From Anthoceros angustus (taxonomy: Eukaryota; Plantae; Anthocerotophyta): a stretch of DNA of 64,000 nucleotides. The stretch spans positions 61,884-125,883 of the forward strand of contig MU008180.1 in the NCBI GenBank assembly GCA_010909165.1. The letters run 5' to 3'. The translations under genes and the position numbers were made by a program. Shown piece after piece: positions 58,790-64,000 of the stretch. The number at the start of each line of letters is the position of its first letter. The first letter of the stretch is position 1. The notes beneath the pieces are model-generated. The model was not told the DNA's origin and searched no databases. It worked only from the letters and a program-made list of their open reading frames with translations.

Positions 58790-59800
58790 CCAAGTGGGAT
58801 ACAGAAACTCAATGGGCAATGGAACGGAGCCATATACTTGGAGACCAATTACTATCAGCATCATAAAGTGACAAGATATTCAAGCAACGTTTTTGAGTGA
58901 ACAAGGCCACATTTCAACACATATGTTCAGCGGTGGCACCACTACTTGCAAGACAAGATACTACTTTTCGGAAGGCGGTGCCAATGAACAAAAGAGTGGG
59001 AATGGCACTCTTCAGACTATCTGGTAGGGAAAGGTTGCGCACAATAGGTGATTTTTTTGGGTAGGCCAATTCTACATCATGCAAAGCAACGCATTTATTT
59101 TGTGATGCTCTGGTCTGTACACTGCATGACACTTACATATCATGGCCTAATAAGAAACAAATGGAGCGATATGCATATGAGTTTGCTAACATCAAAGGTA
59201 TGCCTTTTGTGGTGGGAGCAATCGATGGGTCACATATTCCTATCATTGGCCCTAAGGTAAACAAAGATGATTATTCTAACCAGAAAGGTTTTTATTCATA
59301 GCTATTATAATTGACAATGTCTGCCAATTGTATCATATGGGACTATGACTTTGGTTGGGCAAGAAGTTTGAACAATTGGAATCCCTTCAAACTAAGACAA
59401 CTTGGCTAGGAGACCCATCCTTTGAGCTCAATATGTGGCATATCGAGGCTGAAAGGATGGTTTCAGCGGACTGCAATAACATTGGAACATATATAGTACA
59501 ATATGCAGACCTACTGCATATTGTACTATATGTGGCATGCTTGAAGCACATGTGCTCTAAGTACACCACATTGATTGCAAGCCTCTCTTGGCTAAGCTCT
59601 TCATCTTGTCCAAGATGCCATCTCCTCCATATTCTCCAAAACTTGGAGATACTTAGTATCTCTCTTTGCGCTTGGAGAACAAGCATTTCTGCCTCCATCC
59701 AATGGGATAATGTAGTGGGGCAATATGCTTGAGATGGAAGACGTCCACTGGTAGTTGGATCAGGAAGGTACGCCATGAAAATTAGATATGGCAGAAGACA
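58790..59800. mobile_element. Second, more decayed Harbinger remnant (transposase +, trihelix-like fragment -)
   Basis: Plus strand: FKQRF*VNKATFQHIC...TTFRKAVPMNKRVGMALFRL...VVGAIDGSHIPIIGP...QKGFYS. Minus strand: HWMEAEMLVLQAQREI. No TIR pair found. Confidence 0.75.
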
Positions 59801-60808
59801 ATATATTTTATGCCGGATCGGGAAGACCGTAATTATGGCGGAAGATTCCAATATAGGGAGTGCAAAACTCAAAAATATTAAGAGCCTTTACATCAATCAT
59901 TGTAACATGGGTTATCCATATTTTGAAACCCCCATCTAAAAAGGGGGTTCAAAACAATGGATAAATCGTGGGCTCCGGTGGTTTGGTGGGTCAAATTATA
60001 ATGAGAGTCATAAATTGCCTTGTCTTACTAGGTCCGTTTCACAAGCCAATATAACTAGAGCGAAAGGAGATCCTTTGTGAGCTAATGATGACCTTGAATG
60101 AGCAAGTGGGCGAGCTGCTGAAGGCCCATGTACCCTAGGCATCTAGAAAACAGGCACCGAAGGACTGGCTGGGCATTGAGATGCTTTTGTCGGCGCTTTT
60201 GTTGGCAGGAGGGGACCCTCGTAGCAGGGGACATCTCCATAACAAATCATCCGTGAGATGTCCCTAGCTAGCCCCGTAGTCAGGGACGCTATGTCACAAC
60301 TGTAGGAGAAGGGTGTGCGACTGTTAGCATATTCCCAAGCAATCCTCAAGGCAATCTTCCCATTTGGGTTGTTGTAAAAAATGCGAGAAAGTGGGGCTGC
60401 AGAGATGTTGAAGGAGGTGGAATCAGGCTATGATGCCTCAATGGGCCCTTTGTCCTGAACCAGTTCAAATGTGGGATACTTCTTGAAGAGCCCATGGCTC
60501 TAGGAGCTAGGGGTATGTAGCTATTGTGTAGGTGCCCAATTCTTTGTGTGGGACACTTCTTGAAGAGTTCACCAAGCGCTCTATTAGCCAGGGGTATTTA
60601 GCTATGACGTGAGGGAGAGGGTTAAGATTTAAGAACTAGAGTCATGTGCTAAGTTTGATAGTATAGTGGTAACCGGTTTCCTCACTCAAAATGGCGAGGT
60701 TGCATGTCTAGCTCCTCCCAGCTCTAGGGGTAGAAAAATTGTTTATTTGTTTCACATACGGGATTAGAAGGGGCAACTGACTCTGTCTGGATTTTGTGGC
60801 AATTCTAT

Positions 60809-60870
60809 TGGCATGGTGGTATGTGTCTTAAGGCACATGAGCACAAGGTTGTAGGTTCAATTCTCGTTAG
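60809..60870 (+). other. Degenerate tRNA-like Pol III A/B box pair (possible SINE head)
   Basis: TGGCATGGTGG at 60809 and GGTTCAATTCT at 60854; no cloverleaf. Confidence 0.25.
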
Positions 60871-60894
60871 CTCTAGTTCGATTGATATGAGGAT

Positions 60895-61050
60895 AATAGT
60901 GGATCGCAAGGACACCAAGTTGAAAGAACAACACCAAACTAGTGTCCTTCCTTGCTAGTGCAGCATCGGACTAGTCCGAAAGGTCGGGAATAGTGGATCG
61001 CAAGGACACCAAGCTGAAAGAACAACACCAAACCAGTGTCCTTCCTTGCG
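60895..61050. repeat. Direct repeat with 94-bp period
   Basis: AATAGTGGATCGCAAGGACACCAAG.TGAAAGAACAACACCAAAC.AGTGTCCTTCCTTGC at 60895 and 60989. Confidence 0.9.
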
Positions 61051-62087
61051 ACGGACCTCACCAAAAGGGCGGCGGGGCCGATCGAAAGGACGGCAGGGCC
61101 GATCCGAAAGGACGGGCAGTGGACCATAGGGACTGGTGCTGGACCAGGATGTGAGTCTTCTTTGGTAACCACTTTTTGAAGAAACAGAGGAAATTGTCTC
61201 AAAGTGGTTTTACGGTATGTCAATATTTTTTGAATATAAATAAATGATCAGAAAGACTTCAAATTCTAACCACAACCCGTTTTTTATGAGTTCATAATTT
61301 ATAATTTATAATTTTTTAAATATTGATATGTATAATAATTTTAATTTAGACAAAAGCTTAATGAATGACTAATGGGCAAGGTGTTTGTTAAGTGGCCACA
61401 AGCCACTTAGCAAACCCGATTGGCAGGAACGCGTTAAGGCTTGCCGTCAAGTTTCAAGACACCGACAGTCTTCGAAAGTTGGCACCTTCCACAGATTATG
61501 GCAGCTATGTCCATTTTGGCTCACGTGAATGTCGGGCAACATGTGGCCAGTCGAGCAACAACAAGTGTTCTAACAAGTGTTTGAGAGGAATCATATTGAT
61601 TATCCGAAGGAGCTATGGTATGCATGAGATTGAACGTCATGATGCCTACAGGTTCCTTATGCAAATCGGATGTAACCACTGTTACATTAATCTGGGACGG
61701 TGGAAGAAGAAGTTTTGCCACATGAGACCTCAAGCGAGATGTTATGTACATGTGCATCTGTGATATTAAAAGACGAGAAACACAAGGGTTAGCAAAATGA
61801 TGTCAACATTTTCAGAAACATGAAATCTGGAATGAACAACCTAAGTTATGAGACTATGAAGGGCTTCTGACACCAGAACAGGACGTACTGCAATAGTGCT
61901 CTCACAAGTATTTCATGAGTTGCAGGTTTTTTTCCTTGCAATACACAAACTGCACATTTGCAACAAGTAAGACTTATCTTATTTCAGCTCCTTGTGACGT
62001 TTGCATGCACACAAACTAAGGGTGCCTGAATTGTCTCAAAGGAATTTAACTGCCTTGGAAGGTATTTCCTATAGAAAGAGAACTTAC

Positions 62088-62730
62088 ATCGTCGTGGCAC
62101 AGCAGATCCAATTCTTGGGTAAGTGTCACCGGTTTGCATGAAACATAGGCAATTTGTGGAGCCCTCAACCTCAACAAAAATTGCACCAGTTTCATGTGCA
62201 GGCCTAGCCTGTTCGCGCCTGCAAACAAAAAGATTTCAGACTAGTGCTTCTAGAATAGAAAACAAAGAGGGGAGAAATCTCACTGGCATAGGATGTAGCT
62301 TGACCTATGACCTCAACGTCAGATTGAGGTAGATCCCTTCCAAAATCAGGCGGCAGTTTGTTCAAATCTCCTTTGACGAAAGTGGCATTGTGGATGTTAT
62401 TTTGTTTGGCATTTTTGAGTGCGCAGCCACAGCTTCTGGAACCAACTCATAGCCATAGACTTGCTTCAGCCTGGAAGATCAGGTCATGTGTCACCACTTA
62501 TCTACAGCTTGCTAAACAAGATGTGTTAGATTACAGTAACTTGGGACTACATCGCTTATCTCAAGCAAAAGGGGTAACAAAAGGGCATAATTTACTCCAA
62601 AGAGAGACAACACTCACTTTTGCACCATGGTCAGACTATTTGTACCGGTGCCACAGAATAGACTGAGAAGTATCTCGCTTCTATCGGCCCTCAGATTGCA
62701 TGCATCCTCAACAAGCTTGTAAAGCACTTC
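62088..62730 (-). pseudogene. Three-exon fragment of an RlmD/TRM2-type RNA m5U methyltransferase (At3g21300-like)
   Basis: Exons 62730-62618 (EVLYKLVEDAC...LSLFCGTGT), 62470-62305 (VYGYELVPEAV, 1-bp frameshift, NAKQNNIHNATFVKGDLNK) and 62218-62088 (NRLGLHMKLVQFLLRLRAPQIAYVSCKP...LDLLCH), joined by GT-AG introns. Confidence 0.85.
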
Positions 62731-62749
62731 TTCATGGGGACTAGATGTT

Positions 62750-63260
62750 GGTCATCCTATTTACAACAGAATGAATAGCACAATTTGCAAGCCCATTATT
62801 TTAAGGGACCATATCATAAATATTAGAATTATCCACCTCATTAAAAACAAATTTCCTAATTTAAGTGAATAATATCTTCCCATTTTACAAAGTCATTTGT
62901 AACGTTGTGCCACGTCATCCTATTTACAACAGAATATACAACGAAAATCTACAAGCCCATTATTATAAGGGACAATATCATAAATATTGGAATTATCTAC
63001 CTCAATAAATAATTTTAAAATATTTTCCTGATTTAAGTGAATAATATCTTCCCAAAATTTTACAATGGCATTTGCAAAATCTTGCCATGTCTTTCAATTT
63101 ACAACAGAATGTACAACGCAATACACAAGGGCATTATTATAAGGGCCCAAGTCATAATTATTGTAATTATCCAAGTCAATATATATTTTAAAAAATATTT
63201 TTATTTGAAGTGAAAATATTTTTCCAATATTTTACAAAGGCAATTGCAATGGCCACGTCA
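62750..63260. repeat. AT-rich tandem repeat, three diverged ~165-175-bp units
   Basis: TTTACAACAGAAT...CATTATT.TAAGGG...AATTATC...AAGTGAA recurs near 62760, 62920 and 63097. Confidence 0.8.
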
Positions 63261-63417
63261 AGTAAAGCCATGTTAGCTATTTCCCCCCACCAAGTAAATC
63301 CGCAAATGTGCTGTTGGATGCCTTACTTATTTATCCACAGGGACAAGGCCTGACATTGCAGAGGCAGTGGGAGTTGCAAGTCAATTTATGGCTAACCCTA
63401 GACAATAGCAGTTTCAA

Positions 63418-63950
63418 GCCGTGAAGAGGATAATGAGGTACTTGAGTGGTACAAAGCATTGGAATTTGGTGTATCAACAGGAGCATTAGGAAGTCCGAGT
63501 GGTAGAATATTGTGATTCAGACTGGGCAAGAGATGTTGATAGTCGCAAGTCACGATCGATATGCGCGCCGAATGGGGAGCCATTTCTTGGAATAGTAGGA
63601 GACAACCTACTGGAGCTCTATCCTCTACAGAAGCAGAATATATGGCAACATGCTCTGCAGTCATGGAGGCGATATGGTTGCATAACTTGTTAGAGGAGAT
63701 GGGATTCAAGCAGAAGGAAGCAACAATAATCTTCAACGACAATCAAGGTTGCATCTTCTTAGCCAAGAATGCAACTTTTCATGCTAGAACCAAGCACATC
63801 GAAGTGAAACATCACTTCATAAGAGAGAAGGTAAAGTCAAAGGAGGTAAAGCTAGAGTATTGTCCAGGAGACATGCCGGCAGATATTTTGACCAAAGCCT
63901 TGACTTTAGAAAAACATGCTAGGTTTAGCAAGATGCCTAAAGGCATGGGC
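63418..63950 (+). mobile_element. Ty1/copia RT C-terminus/RNase H remnant
   Basis: VKRIMRYLSGT, YCDSDWARDVDSRKS, LSSTEAEYMA, NDNQGCIFLAKNATFHARTKHIEVKHHFIREKV, ADILTKAL. Confidence 0.9.
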
Positions 63951-64000
63951 AAGCATGCTTCTTCTATAAAGGCTACGCTCTGTTTTATTAGACCCAGCCC

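Noticed and set aside
59921-59954. Small stem-loop resembling a Helitron 3' hairpin
   Set aside because: No CTRR terminus at the expected distance on either strand.
60800-60880. tRNA gene
   Set aside because: Only box-like motifs; no acceptor stem or cloverleaf.

Overview
Eukaryotic, land-plant nuclear DNA; the species cannot be determined. A compact intron-rich gene island at ~15.5-36 kb is flanked by transposon-rich DNA. The island holds a long modular coiled-coil gene (-), an RHD3/Sey1 GTPase (+), an intronless At3g19000-like 2OG-Fe(II) dioxygenase (-), ferredoxin FdC2 (+) and an AtEH/Pan1-like EH-domain gene (+). Right side: a PIF/Harbinger element (14-bp TIRs at 36300 and 56901, trihelix/Myb ORF plus convergent DDE transposase) is interrupted by a full-length 17.8-kb Ty3/gypsy element (37395-55187, TG..CA ends, ATACT TSD, PBS, PPT). 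Its ~5.6-5.8-kb LTRs each carry a long extra ORF. Further right are a second Harbinger remnant, a spliced RlmD/TRM2-type pseudogene fragment and copia remnants. Left side: a related solo LTR (3585-8360) has inserted into a degenerate gene. Re-joined across the insertion, that gene reads as a ParB/DndB-like domain followed by a prokaryote-type beta-class DNA amino-(N6A/N4C)-methyltransferase; this is the most unusual object in the window. Caveat: repeat copies differ by many 1-bp indels and private tandem duplications while the FdC2, RHD3 and 2OGD coding sequences read cleanly, so many frameshifts in repeat regions may be assembly error. All protein assignments come from motif recognition by eye; no database search was run.
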